From the NCBI RefSeq assembly GCF_035594765.1, contig NC_085842.1, forward strand, positions 253,467,747 through 253,531,746: a stretch of DNA of 64,000 nt, written 5' to 3'. This stretch comes from Anolis carolinensis (lineage: Eukaryota). The position numbers were made by a program, and so were the translations under genes. Of this stretch, positions 27,955 through 40,285 are shown piece after piece (position 1 is the first letter of the stretch; the number at the start of each line of letters is the position of its first letter). Below the pieces are notes generated by a model that was not told the DNA's origin, searched no databases, and saw only the letters and a list, made by a program, of their open reading frames with translations.

Positions 27955-28372
27955 CCCTGTTTCTCCTAAAATAAGACATCCCCAGAAAATAAGACCTAGT
28001 AGAGGTTTTGCTGAATTGCTAAATATAAGGCCTCCCCCGAAAGTAAGACCTAGCAAAGTTTTTGTTTGAAAGCATGCCCGCCAAACAGAACACCAGAGCA
28101 TGCATGTACGTAAATGTACGTACCATAGAGTGTTGTACATGGAAATATTGGTAGTAACAAGAAATTATTGATAGGATTCACAGTTTGTCTGGTTATGCTG
28201 GTTTATGATGACAACTACTGTACTGTATATAATAAATGTTCATTTTTTTGTTCAGCAATAAATGTAAATTCTTCTTCATGGAAAAATAAGATATCCCCTG
28301 AAAATAAGACCTAGAGCATCTTTGGGAGCAAAAATTAATATAAGACACTGTCTTATTTTCAGGGAAACACGG
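27955..28372. mobile_element. Tc1/mariner (pogo/Tigger-like) non-autonomous element
   Basis: TIR CCCTGTTTCTCCTAAAATAAGAC / GTCTTATTTTCAGGGAAACACGG; TA flanks; repeated AAAATAAGAC motifs. Confidence 0.75.
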
Positions 28373-28547
28373 TATTCCTAAGATGGATTTCCTGAAACAA
28401 TAAAATAAGGTTTTCTTTCTTACAAGAGTATCTCCTCTTCCTACCACAAGCTCATATTGTGCTAGCCCTGCTACACTCTGCTTAATATACAAAATATTCC
28501 TACATTTAGACAACGATCTATAGGGCTCCTTCCATCTCTATGATTCT

Positions 28548-28855
28548 AAAGATAAAGATGTTCCCCTGACATTAAGTCTAGTCGTGTCTGACTGGGGGTT
28601 GGTGCTCATCTTCATTTCTAAGCCGAAGAGCCGGCATTGTCCATAGACACCTCCAAGATCATGTGGCCGAGATGACTGCATGGAGCTTCGTTACCTTCTT
28701 GCCGAAGCAGTCTACTCACATTTGCATGGTTTTGAACTGCTAGGTTGGCAGAAGCTGGGGCTAACAGTGGGAGCTCATCCCGCTTCCCAGATTCAAATTG
28801 CTGATCTTTCAGTCAGCAAGTTCAGCAACTCAGAAGTTTAACCCGTTTCACTACT
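28548..28855 (-). mobile_element. Sauria-type SINE
   Basis: Reverse complement of the 2209 element; ATGATTCTA repeated on both flanks. Confidence 0.85.
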
Positions 28856-29734
28856 ATAATTCCATGATTCTATTAACAATACAATAATATGAAGAATGCA
28901 ACATGTGACATACACATCTGAGTTAAGCCCAAAATAAGGTAGCTAAGTCAATGATGGTGCATGATTGCTTTGTATTAAGGGATGAAGAGAAATAAAGGAA
29001 GGTGAGATCCCAGGGATTGGATCCCAGTTATTCCCTAGCAGTGATCAGACCGGGGAGAGACTCATGCAAATGATGGAGAAGGTATCAGAGGAAAAGTGTG
29101 GCTTGCCTGCCGTGCTTTCTTTTAGAGCAGCAGAATGCTTTAATGACTGTGGTCAGGTGTCATGCCAATCTATGGTCAAGAATTCTTTATACATCAATTG
29201 AGCTACAAATTGCCCATTTGTTTTGACATTCCTGTGTCCAATCCCAGAACCTTAGGTTTTTTTTCAGCCAATGCCACATAACAATGCTAGGGCCCACTGT
29301 TGTTTTTTTAAAAAATACAGATAAATAAATACAAATAAACCAAGTAGCACAGATCTACTGTTGAAGTAGCAGATGGTAGCCAAAGTTTAACACTGTTAAC
29401 AAAGATAACTAACAGAATGAGAGCAATGAAGAACAACGTAGCCTTCTGCAGAAGAGAACCCAAGGAGAGGACGTGGAGTATTCCCTCTCTTGTGTCCTCA
29501 TCAAATGGGCCTATAAAACTGGTGGGATTAAGACAAAGCCTTCCTCAAAACCCACACAGGCTCATATGCTCTACATCCTACAGCTTCTATGTAAACTTGC
29601 AACAAAAAATACCCTGAAGTCTTATTATTTGTCAATTCTATAACATTTAAGAACGCATTGGATTAATATACTTGCCAATTCTATGATATTCTAGAAAGCA
29701 TTTGTAAAATCAAGAGTTATCGAGTTGTTCTTAC

Positions 29735-29821
29735 CTTCTTAGGAATACTCTTGTCAAAATCAGGGAAGTGAATGATTTTGTTTAATTTTGAAACATACAA
29801 AATCAGAATAGTAGTTACCAT
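29735..29821 (-). CDS. SLC35D2: SLC35D2 exon 3
   Basis: ccctag|MVTTILILYVSKLNKIIHFPDFDKSIPKK|gtaaga; 87 nt. Confidence 0.95.
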
Positions 29822-30427
29822 CTAGGGAAGAAGAAAAGAATAAAAAAAATGATAAATGCAGCAACAGAATAGTTAGTCTTCAGCATTTGTGGGTTCGATA
29901 TCTGCATTTTTTTTAATTTGTGGACTTTATTAATATACCCTCTGTAGGTCCTCCAGCATGACTCTATGGCCAGAGTCAACCACAGAGTCACCCTAGAGGA
30001 CCTAGGGATTCTTAGAGAGGTGTTCTCTTTGGTAAAATAATATATATATTTTTACATTCATGTTTTTTCTGTTTTGGTGGAGTCCTTTCACCCCTTGATC
30101 ATGGAAAAGTAGAAGCCTGACTGTATTTCAAATGTGATGCATAAAGAGCTAAGTCACTGCATAACAGAAGTGACATCTCCTTTTAAAGACTCCAAAGACG
30201 AGTCCCGTTTGCAGATTTCACCAATGGAGCCAATTCCTAAATTTGTGCTATTCTTCCACAATGAGAAAGCCGGGTAACTAGATTTTTGAACAGGGCACAC
30301 TTTAAAACATAAGAAAAGCCATGTTGGATCAGCCCAGGGGTCAATCTATCTTATTATTCACTTCACAATGTTGCCTATGGGATGGGGAGCTTCAAGCAGG
30401 AGTCTCCATATGGAGAGAAAAAGTGGG

Positions 30428-30480
<53 letters not shown>
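30428..30480. repeat. (ATA)n microsatellite
   Basis: Directly visible. Confidence 0.95.
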
Positions 30481-30537
30481 TTCTGAAAACTGGAGATCTT
30501 ATTTTGTCATCTGCCATGAAGCCCTTTTGAAGCATAC

Positions 30538-30571
30538 CTGTCCAATTGCAAGAAACACTGGTGATGGGAAT
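30538..30571 (-). CDS. SLC35D2: SLC35D2 exon 2
   Basis: ttgtag|(R)FPSPVFLAIGQ|gtatgc; 34 nt. Confidence 0.93.
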
Positions 30572-32109
30572 CTACAAGGAAAGAAAAGCTGTGTCATTGC
30601 AAATATTTAAAATAACACTCAAATTGCTTCAAGGAAAACAATATGTATGGTATTTGTTCACACTTGTCAAAATAAGTATGTCTACATGCCTTCAAGCCAT
30701 TTGACAATTTACGGTTCCCATGGATTTCATAGGGTTTTCTTAGGCAAGGACTATTCAGAGGTGGTTTTGCTAGTTCCTTCCTCTGCAATATAGCCTTCAG
30801 CACCTGGTATTTGTTGGTGGTCACCCATCTAATAAAAATAGCAATAGCAATAACAACAACAACAACAACAACAACCTATGTTTCTCCACGGATCAGAACT
30901 CAAAATGACTTATAACAATGAAAAGATAAATTATGTGAAGTCCACATTAAAAGTATAAACAACATTAAAAAATTAAAAACAGTTCTGTACAAATATTAAC
31001 CAGAGATGGCCCTGCTTAGCTTTCAAAATCATATGGGATCTGGTGCTTTTAGATTATTTTATCAATATGGTATTTTCACAATGGGACAATGAGCAAAGAA
31101 ATATTATTTTTCAGACTACATTTTTAATTATTAGTTGCAAGTTTCATATCCAATTAAAGCTCAAATATACTTTTTGAAAACTAACAAAGCTGTCCTCCTA
31201 TTAATATGACTAACTTCTTCTTTTAGTAAGAGTGTAAAGGAAACAATGTACATAAAAAGACCTGCCCCAAACCAAAGCTATCGCAGAAAACCACTTTTCT
31301 AAATATATTGGGAATGCTTCCTATTACAGAGCTGTGATCCTCCCAGAGAACAGTACCATTGACAAGAATCCTGAAAAACTGGTTCACGTCTCCATTGAGA
31401 AAATCAATTAATGGTTTGTCAAGCCCAGCAGTGTCATGAAACGCTATTGGGACATACATGGCAAACTTTCCAGCTTTGAGGTTAGGAATTCCACAGTGTC
31501 AGGACATGTTGAAGGAAGCAAGCTTTCTGTTTACCTGTAATGAGTTTCCAGCTAAATGCTAACATTAATTTTAAAATTCAATATGTTTTATTTTTGTTCT
31601 TAATATCTGATTGTAACTCTACTTTACCTAACACTGTTTCTGATTCCTTTAGCATGCTGAAATTGGTCACTGTGATCAAATGACTATGATCAAGGCCAAC
31701 ACACATTTTGGGACTTCAAATGTTAGCCCCGATTCTGGATATATTTGACCTGCTAATTCCAAAAAATGGTACCTGATTTCCCCTATCAGATTTTGAAAAA
31801 TGGAACATATGCTATGTATCAGTTGCCATCTGTACAGTCATAGAAAACCATGATAATCATATCTAAGAAACTAGAGCTGATGTGGTCTATCCAATGCAAT
31901 TTTCTTAATCAGTGCTCCAGATAACCCCAGGAACAAGCCTAAAAGCCATGGTACCAATCTATGTTTTGTTAGTCTGTGTTATCAAATGGCTGGGCATACA
32001 ATGGTAGTAAAACACATACATTTTGCAAACACCTGGTCTGGTTGCCCTTTGGTAATTAAAATAAAGCCCCCAAAACTGGGTTGACCTATTCACAGGTTAC
32101 TATAAATAC

Positions 32110-32927
32110 TAGGCTTGTGCAATTCAGCCAAAGGACATGACATTTCAGGGCCCATTTTTGGCTAACCCCTCATTCTGTTTACCAGGAAGTTACTCAGATT
32201 GGGAGGAGTGTTGCTGTTTTCATTTGGGAAAGATTCGGCCTATTGTCTACAATGGGAAACTTTAAAGGCTCAATCCTCTGTCATTTTACGGCCTATCTGC
32301 ATGAAACTTATCTCAGCTTTGTACCCCATTTGCAACTGCAGGCCTGCCAAGTTTCAGAATAATTCACCAATCTACTGATTTTTTAGAATTGTTTTAAGTT
32401 TTTACCATAACATTTTTTAAAAATAAGACAAACCACAAGAGAGGGTTCTGGGAATTGTAGTCATCAGTTGTGTCCATTCTCAGCCAATCAGAGCATGTAC
32501 ACAATCAGGCCTTTTATTGGCTGAGAAACAGAGGTGGGGGGACTTCAACTCCCATCATGCACCGAGAGGAACTTGGAGACTTTTCAATGCCTGCTCCATG
32601 CAAGTGCTGCTGGGAAAGCATGTTCCCAAAAGAGCCCTCTCTGGAGGAGGAGCCTAGGGAATTTTTCCAATTCTTCACTGCTGGGGAGGGAGAAAAGACG
32701 CTACAGGTAATCCCATCTTCTCCAGGAGCTCCACAGCAGACCCCTGCTTCAGGTATATTGTAGACTTAACTCCATCTTCTCCAGTAGCCGATACATTTGG
32801 CTCTTTTGATCCGTTTTGCTCAGCATTTTGGTTCCCTGCTCCCCATTCTATTTTGGGGGGATTACATGAAACAGACCACCGAATATTACAAATCACTTTT
32901 GGTCAAAAAGATCCAGGCCCAAGCCTA
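32110..32927. mobile_element. Non-autonomous hAT element nested in an older DNA transposon (about 32060-33223; relative at about 63040-63340)
   Basis: TIR TAGGCTTG/CAAGCCTA; perfect 8-bp TSD ATAAATAC. Confidence 0.85.
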
Positions 32928-33987
32928 ATAAATACTGCATCATAACTCTTACCCAGAAATGAACCATTCTGCTTTAAATAAAATGGTGAGGTGAGAACTC
33001 AATCCATCCTTGGCAAACCTTTCAAAAAACATCAAACCCCTCTGTTCTCTCCATTATGATGCCAATTCTGGCATTTTTGAATGGTGGTGGCAGGTAGAGA
33101 TGGCTGGTCCCCTGTGCCTTCTCCTCTCTAAGGAATGACCTCCAACTAATCCATGAGTTATATCAAAATCCAAAACCTATACTCATTGTATACATGAGTC
33201 AACTTATACATATATATACAGTAGGAAGTTTGATCTCCATTTCTCAGAATTCTCTGTTATCACTGATTTCCATTCTGTTCCAGAAATTGAACTTGGAAGT
33301 CTCTGGAAAGTTGAGAGACGATGAAGAAATACTTTAAATAACATAAACATCCTGGTGTCAGTACTTCAGGGATCTGAGAATTCCTTGTGTTTTTATCGAC
33401 TGCTGCACAGGCTAAAAGGTTAGCTGAGGACATGTCAACTCTGATTTGGTTAGAGAAGTGCTCAGCTTTTAAACAGAAGAGCCAAGGGTCAAGAAAGACA
33501 TGCTACAAAGGGGTCCAAACCAGCTCAGAACACCAACAATGGAACGGGCTAGGACTGTTAGGAATTGTGGGAGTCCAAAACACTTGGAGGGCCAAAGTTT
33601 GCTCATGCCTACTATAGAGTTTGATATATAGGGCATGTGGGGATTGCTTCCTGCCCAAATGGAATCTTAGCATCAGATCTACCCAGTGGCTCTCAGTTCA
33701 ATGGGGCTATGTATTTAATCTAAAGCAATGGTTCCCAACTTTTGGGCTTCCAGGTGTTTTGGACTTCAACTCCCAGAAATCCCTGCCAGCTTACCAGGTG
33801 TTAGGAAGTGTGGGAGCTGAAGTCCGAAACATTCGGAGGCCCAAAGGTTGGGAACCACTGGTCTAAAATTTCAATGTAGAGTATCCAATATGCTGAACTG
33901 TTTCCTAGAATTAGTTCAGCACTTTGGATAGCTCCTTTAAAGTTTAAATTAAAACCTAAAGTGGTTTCTCTTCTCCATTGACATGGC

Positions 33988-34206
33988 ATGTATCTATACT
34001 GTAGAATTAATGCATTTTGACACACTTGAATCTCCATGGCTCAATATCATAGAATCATGGGAATTGGGGTTTTGCATGGTCTTTAGCCTTCTCTGTCAAA
34101 AAGTCCTGGTGACTCAACAAACGATACATCACATGATTCAATAACATTGTGCCAAGGCAGTTAAAGTGGTGTCCAATTGCATTAATTCTACAGCGTAGAT
34201 GCACCC
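33988..34206. mobile_element. Palindromic MITE family (GGTGCATCTACACTGTAG ends, probably Harbinger); copies or fragments near 35010, 40445, 46973, 47980, 48425, 55867, 56213, 58070 and 58530
   Basis: Recurrent tgtagaattaatgcagtttgacacc..ggcagttaaagtggtgtcaaactgcattaattctac fold-back. Confidence 0.75.
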
Positions 34207-35390
34207 ATGGAAACTACCAATCCCCACTGGGAGCCAGCAATCACTGGTCCTGTTTGCCATTTAGGTCAAGGCCTTAAAATAGCTCACTGATTGGATTCAT
34301 TATTGAATGAACTTTTCATCGGGTGGTTAACTGTAATTTTGTTGTCTAAAGCCGGGAAGCAGACCCTTTACGTCTCAATGAAACTGGAGGAGACAAGTGT
34401 ATCCAATACTTGTACTGCACACAATTTGAGGTTTTATGGGGCGGATCCAATGGGGCTTTTCTGGTAATAGACACCGACTCATGGAAACACTTCCATTGGC
34501 ATTCTGGCACAGCATCACAAAGAACAGAGAGCCCATACCCAGGATTCACTTGATCAAGTTCTGTTGTAAGAATTTAACAAGCTCACATTTAAGACCCGTG
34601 TACTACAGTTTATAGACTATAGGTAGAATGCAGAATTTCTTATGAGTTTACATTGCATGGTGCTCAACTGTTCCAAAAGTTGTTAAGCAAGAAACCATGA
34701 AACAAGAATATCTTCTCTATATTAGATTTCTCAATTTTTGGACCTTTTTGGGAGCAGTGATAGGCAACCTGTGGCCTTTTATGTTACTGCACTACCTTGA
34801 ACACATCCATTCCTGTCTGATTTGGGAGGATAAGCAGTTCCTTGGATGGGGAACTAACAGGGAGTATCAGAGTTATCCATACAGGTTGGCAACAGATCTT
34901 GCCTGAAACCCAAGAGAGCCAAACAAGATTAACAATACTAGTTAGATAATAATAGAAGGCTTTAAGTTAGCATTAGACATCTTTCTATGTCCCTATAAAC
35001 TTTCACCCTGTGGACGCATTTACACTGTAGCATTAATGCAGTTTGACACAACTTTAACTGCCACGTTTCAATACTATGGAGTAATGAGAGTTGCAGTTTG
35101 ATGAAGCACCGGTTCTCTTTGGCAGAGAGGGCTAAACGCCTTGCCAAACTACATCTTCCATAGCATAGTGGTGTCCGACTGCATTACATCTACAGTGTGG
35201 ATGCACTGTATCTTGCTGCAGCTAATGGACATTGTGGTTATAGACATGTGATTGTACTGAGCATGTTCAGGCTCAGGACTCCATTTTTTAGTCAGTCCGC
35301 TGAACACCTCATTGGATGTATTAAGTCTGCTTTACACCTCAGTGGAGGTGGATGCATGTTGCTGTTTGGACTTAGAAGTATGATTTATGG

Positions 35391-36119
35391 TAGTGTTTCT
35401 CAATCTGGGCATCAGGACCCTTGAGGGGGTTTGTGAAGTGGGCGTCAGAGGGGTTGCCAAAGACCATAAGAAAAAAAGATATTTCTAATGGTCTTGGGAG
35501 CCCCTGGAATCATAGAATCATAGAGTTGGAAGAGACCTCGTGGGCTATCCAGCCTAGTCTATCATTGGTGGGGTTCAGAATACTCTTTGATTGTAGGTGA
35601 ACTATAAATCCCAGCAGCTACCACTCCCAAATGTCAAGGTCTATTTTCCCCAAACTCAATCAGTGTTTACATTTGGGCATATTGAGTATTCATGCCAAGT
35701 TTGGTCCAGATCCATCATTGTTTGAGTCCACAGTGCTCTCTGGATGTAGGTGAACTACATCTCCAAAGCTCAAGGTCAATGCCCACCAAACCCTTCCAGT
35801 ATTTTTTGTTGGGTATGGGAGTTCTGTGTGCCAAGTTTGGTGGAGTTTAGAATTCTCTTTGATTGTAGGTGAACTATAAATCCCAGCACTACAACTCCCA
35901 AATGACAAAATCAACCCCCCCAGTATTAAAATTTAGGTGTATCGGGTATTTGTGTCAAATTTGGTCCAGTGAATGAAAATACATCTTGCATATCAGATAT
36001 TTACTTTATGATTCATAACAGTAGCAAAATTACAGTTATGAAGCAGCAACAAAAATAATTTCATGGTTGGAGGTCACCACAACATGAGGAACGGTACTAA
36101 GGAAGGTTAAGAACCACTG
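35391..36119. mobile_element. Non-autonomous hAT element with internal direct repeats
   Basis: TIR TAGTGTTTCTCAA/TTAAGAACCACTG; degenerate 8-bp TSD; repeated gattgtaggtgaactataaatcccagca. Confidence 0.7.
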
Positions 36120-36282
36120 ACTTATGCACTTCAGTGAGTACAAGTATACCCAAAGGCTATGGACAATTAATTAAGAATGATACCCTGTGTACTCGGCACA
36201 GAGAGAACTACATTCGATCTATAACTGAACTTTAATAAGAAATGTGCCTGTATGGTGAATTAGTACAAAATGTTTGTGAGTA

Positions 36283-37083
36283 TTTATTTCTTGTGTCAGA
36301 AGTGAACCGAGAGTACAAGTTGCAATAGATTTGCAAACATAGAGATTTTTTTTAAGAAAAAAAAACTTGGCATTAATACTAAATGTCTTTTGCCCAGTAG
36401 CTGGCCACTTGGAGTGCCTCTGGTGTTGCTATTAGAAGGTCCTCCATTGTGCATGTAGCAGGGCTCAGAATGCATTGCAGTAGGTGGTCTGTGGTTTGCT
36501 CTTCTCCACAGTTGCATGTTGCGGACTCCACTTTGTAGCCCCATTTCTGCTCTGCATCTTGTGGTGCCAGAGCGCAGTCTGTTCAGTGCCCTCCAAGTTG
36601 CCCAGTCTTCTGTGTGCCCAGGAGGGAGTCTCTCATCTGGCATCAGCCACTGATTAAGGTTCTGGGTTTTAGCCTGCCACTTTGGGACTCTCACTTGCTG
36701 AGGTGTTTCTGCGAGTATCTCTGTAGATCTTAGAAAGCTATTTCTCGATTTAAGGCATTGGCGTGCTGGCTGATATCCGAACAGGGACTGGGCTGGAGAT
36801 GTCAATACCTTGGTCCTTTCATTGTTGGCTGCTATTTCCTGGCGGATGTCAGGTGGTGCAATGTTGGCTAAGCAGTATAATTTCTTCAGTGGTGTGGGAC
36901 GTAGATATCCTGTGATAATGCAGCATGTCTCATTAAGAACCACATCCACTGTTTTAACGTGGTGAGATGTATTCCACACTGGGCATGCGTATTCAGCAGC
37001 AGAGTGGCAAAGCACAAGGGCAGATGTCTTCACTGTGTCAGGTTGTGATCCCCAGGTTGTGCCAGTCAGCTTTCATACGATTT
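36283..37083 (-). mobile_element. 5'-truncated Ingi/Vingi-like non-LTR retrotransposon
   Basis: ORF 36296..37033 with SAAEYACPVW and WRALNRLRSGTTRC; AAAT-type tail; 12-bp TSD TGTTTGTGAGTA at 36271 and 37084; second 3' fragment at about 51695-51950. Confidence 0.8.
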
Positions 37084-38161
37084 TGTTTGTGAGTAAACAA
37101 GATATGTTAATTTTCAAAGAAGACTCTTTTTTTTTATCCATGACTGCATATTTTAAACTAAGAGGTTTCAAGAAAGTATATATCTTTTGGGCAACTGCAA
37201 GTTCAACTTCAAAATAACAACCATTCTCTGCTAATAAATATATTTTTGTAGTGCCATGTCAATCTGCCTCATCACACCAGAGCATGGATTCACTTTAAAC
37301 CCGGTTTCTGCTTCCTGCAGAATTCTGAGGTTTGTAGTTTGGTGAGACCCAGGACCTGTCTGGCTGAGCTGTTTAAAGACCCCTCCCTAAAGTTTATTTA
37401 AAGTTGATCCAAGCTCCAGTGTGATGAGGTCCTTTATCCTTGGCAGTTCAAAGACATGGATCTTCAGAGTGTATCCAGGCAGCCCTTTTAAAGCGGGAGA
37501 TCCCGCACTTTAAAATGGGTCATCCAGATGACGTACTACAGAAAAATGAATTCATTTGCCACAAACAAGGAAAATCTTGGTTTACAGCCAATTAATTTGC
37601 TAGCCCATTAAACACACGTCTTTCTGAAAGGCCCAGGTCCAATGGGCTATGGCCCTGAGTGGACAGGCTCACGGAGAGTCCTGGGACTTCCCTGCAGTCT
37701 GTCCAAACACCCATCCCACACTTTCTGGACTCTTGGAGCCCAGAAGGTGTAAGATTGCCCCACCCCCCCTCCCAAAACCCCTTAAAATTGTGAAAACAGT
37801 AAAAATAACTTAAGGGGTTTTGGCAGGGGGTGGCGGCTGTCTTCATGTTTTCCCAGGAGGACATATATAGCACCTGCGGAAAGTGTGGGCTTTTGGGGCA
37901 GTGTGTGGATTATAGTCCGCCCCAACCTGAATGTTTTAAACCCAGGTTGAAGTGGACTTTACTGCTGTCTGGAATCGCCCTCAGTTTAACAGCTGAGATA
38001 CCTGTGTGCCATTACATGAATGCTTATAAATATCACTGGTTCAAAGAGTTGGCTTCTAACAAGGGTACGCTTATTTTGACTAGTGGTTTTCAAACGGTGG
38101 TCTCCACATCTTCATGCCAAACGGATGTGACATCATTTATTATCTTTTCAATAAGGTTATA

Positions 38162-38350
38162 ATTGTCGAAGGCTTTCATAGCCGGAATCACAAGATTGTT
38201 ATGTGTTTTCCAGGCTGCATGGCCATGTTCCAGAAGTATTCTCTCCTGACGTTTCGCCCACATCTATGGATGCCTGCCATAGATGTGGGCGAAATGTCAG
38301 GAGAGAATACTTCTGGAACATGGCCATGCAGCCTGGAAAACACACAACAA
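38162..38350. mobile_element. Penelope pseudo-LTR palindrome (74-bp arms, 7-nt loop) in SLC35D2 intron 1
   Basis: Arms 38196-38269 and 38277-38350 are reverse complements with 2 mismatches. Confidence 0.88.
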
Positions 38351-39146
38351 CCAAGGTTATGATGGCCATTTATTTCCAACGGGATATGTGCCCTGAGACT
38401 GGGTGCAGTTATTTCCGATTCCCCCTTGTTAGTAATAGTAAGCTGTACTTTTCTGGATCTATACACAATTAAAGTCTGTTTGTTTTAGAACTGGATGTGA
38501 ACTTGTAATAAAGGAAGAGTTTATTGAAGAAAGTGCTGGTTTCTCAAATAAATACACCCGAAAGTTGGAAGGAAAGGTGTTGGTACCTTTCCTTCCAGCA
38601 ATAAAACCTGTTTGCTGGCTTTTGATGAATCACAGATCGCACCCTGCTCTCCCTTTCAGGCTCTTCAGGTGCCAGGAGAGAGACCTTTGGAACCGGGGTT
38701 TATTCTAAGCGTGGCACCTGCACAAACTTTTGAAAGATCCCAGAGGTTATTGCTTAACACTTTGACCAAGTGAGAGTTGGAGGGGGAAATGGGGCCTTGT
38801 TCCAGGCATGGGCCAACTTGGGCTCTCCCTCCAGGGGTTTTGGACTTCAACTCCCACCATTCCTTACAGCCTCAGGCCCTTTCCTTTTGCCCCTCAGCCG
38901 CTTAAGCGGCTGAGGGGCAAAAGGAAGGGGCCTGAGGCTGTAAGGAAAGGTGGGAGTTGAAGTCCAAAACCCCCGGAGGAAGGGCCCAAGTTGGCCCATG
39001 GATGTAGATGCAGCCAAAGTCTCCAAGAAGTAGGTCCTGGCCCTGATCGCGGGCAAGAAGACGTGAAACGGATGTTGGGACATGCAATCCAGCCCCTGGG
39101 AGGCTTCAGGCGAGGCTTTGCTCCATCCGAGCTGCTTGCTCCTCAC

Positions 39147-39295
39147 CTGTAAGCGGTCAGCACCGCCTTGTTGACCAGGACCATGGTGAAGGAGCAGATC
39201 CCGTAGAAGAGGGCGGAGAGCAGCTTGGGCAGCGGGGAAGCAGCCGAAGAAAGAGAAGCTGCAGCCAGCTCCGCGCCCGCCGCCTTGGCTCTCAT
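39147..39295 (-). CDS. SLC35D2: Nucleotide-sugar transporter SLC35D2, exon 1
   Basis: ATG at 39295; MRAKAAGAELAAASLSSAASPLPKLLSALFYGICSFTMVLVNKAVLTAY + AG|gtgagg; the 12 exons total 1008 nt = 335 aa + stop. Confidence 0.92.
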
Positions 39296-39316
39296 CGCTT
39301 GGCGCAGGCGCCCGGA

Positions 39317-40285
39317 CCATTCGCCCAGCGGAGGGAACGGGAAAGAAAGCAAGAGCCCCGAGCTCGGATCAGGGCCACGCCCCCTATTCGCCGACCACGC
39401 CCACTCTTTGATCGCCACGCCCACTCGCAACCTGCCAGGCCAAAGGAGCCTGCATTCGCTCAGCGGAGGAAACAGCCAAAGCTCGGGTTGGGCCACGCCC
39501 CCTGCTCGACGGCCACGCCCACACTCTCCATCGGTTGGGCCAAAGGAACTCAGTGGAGAAAGCAGCTAGAGCCAGGCTTGAGGCCGCGCCCTCTGCTCGA
39601 TCGCCACGCCCCCTCCTCGATCGCCACGCCCACTCGAATCCTGCCCAGCCAAAGGAACCTCCCATTCGGTCAGCGAAGGAAACGGCCCAAGCTCGGCTTG
39701 GGGCCACGCCCCTTACTCGACTGCCACGCCTACTCGTTCTATCTGCTCAGTCAAAGCAGCTCAGCGGAGGAAACGGACAGCGCTCGGCTTGAGGCCACGC
39801 CCCCTGCTCGTCGGCCACGCCCCCTGCTCGTCGCCCACGCCCACTCGCAACCTGCCAAGCCAAAGGAGACTCCATTCGCTCAGCGGAGGGAAAGGCCAGA
39901 GCCCGGCTTGGGGCCACGCCCCCTACTCGACGGTCACGCCCGCCTCTCTGAGTGCCACGCCCACTCGATCTATCTGCTCAGCCAAAGGATCTCAATGGAG
40001 GGAAATGGACAGAGCTCGGGTTGGGCCACGCCCCCTGCTCAATCGCCACGCCCACTCGCAACCTGCCCAGCCGAAGGACCCTCAGCTGATTCGCTCAGAG
40101 GAAAACAGCTAGAGCTCGGGGTGGGCCACGCCCCCTGCTCGGAAGCCACGCTCATCCGCTCCACAAAGGGAACGGGACTAGGAACCTGCCCCGCCCATTC
40201 GCTCCATCTGCTCAAGGAAAGCCGGAGTCAGCCCTGCCTTCCTCGCGTATCGTTCTCTCCCTCCCTCGGCCACGCCCACCCTTTC
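39317..40285 (-). promoter_or_regulatory. SLC35D2 CpG-rich promoter formed by a tandem array with about 18 Sp/KLF-type CCACGCC boxes
   Basis: About 8 units (120, 90, 120, 90, 120, ~113, ~100, partial), each with 2-3 GCCACGCCC-like motifs about 20 bp apart, directly upstream of the ATG. Confidence 0.85.

Noticed and set aside
39361-40160. CRISPR-like repeat/spacer appearance
   Set aside because: Vertebrate DNA, the intervening segments are homologous to each other rather than unique spacers, and there are no cas genes.
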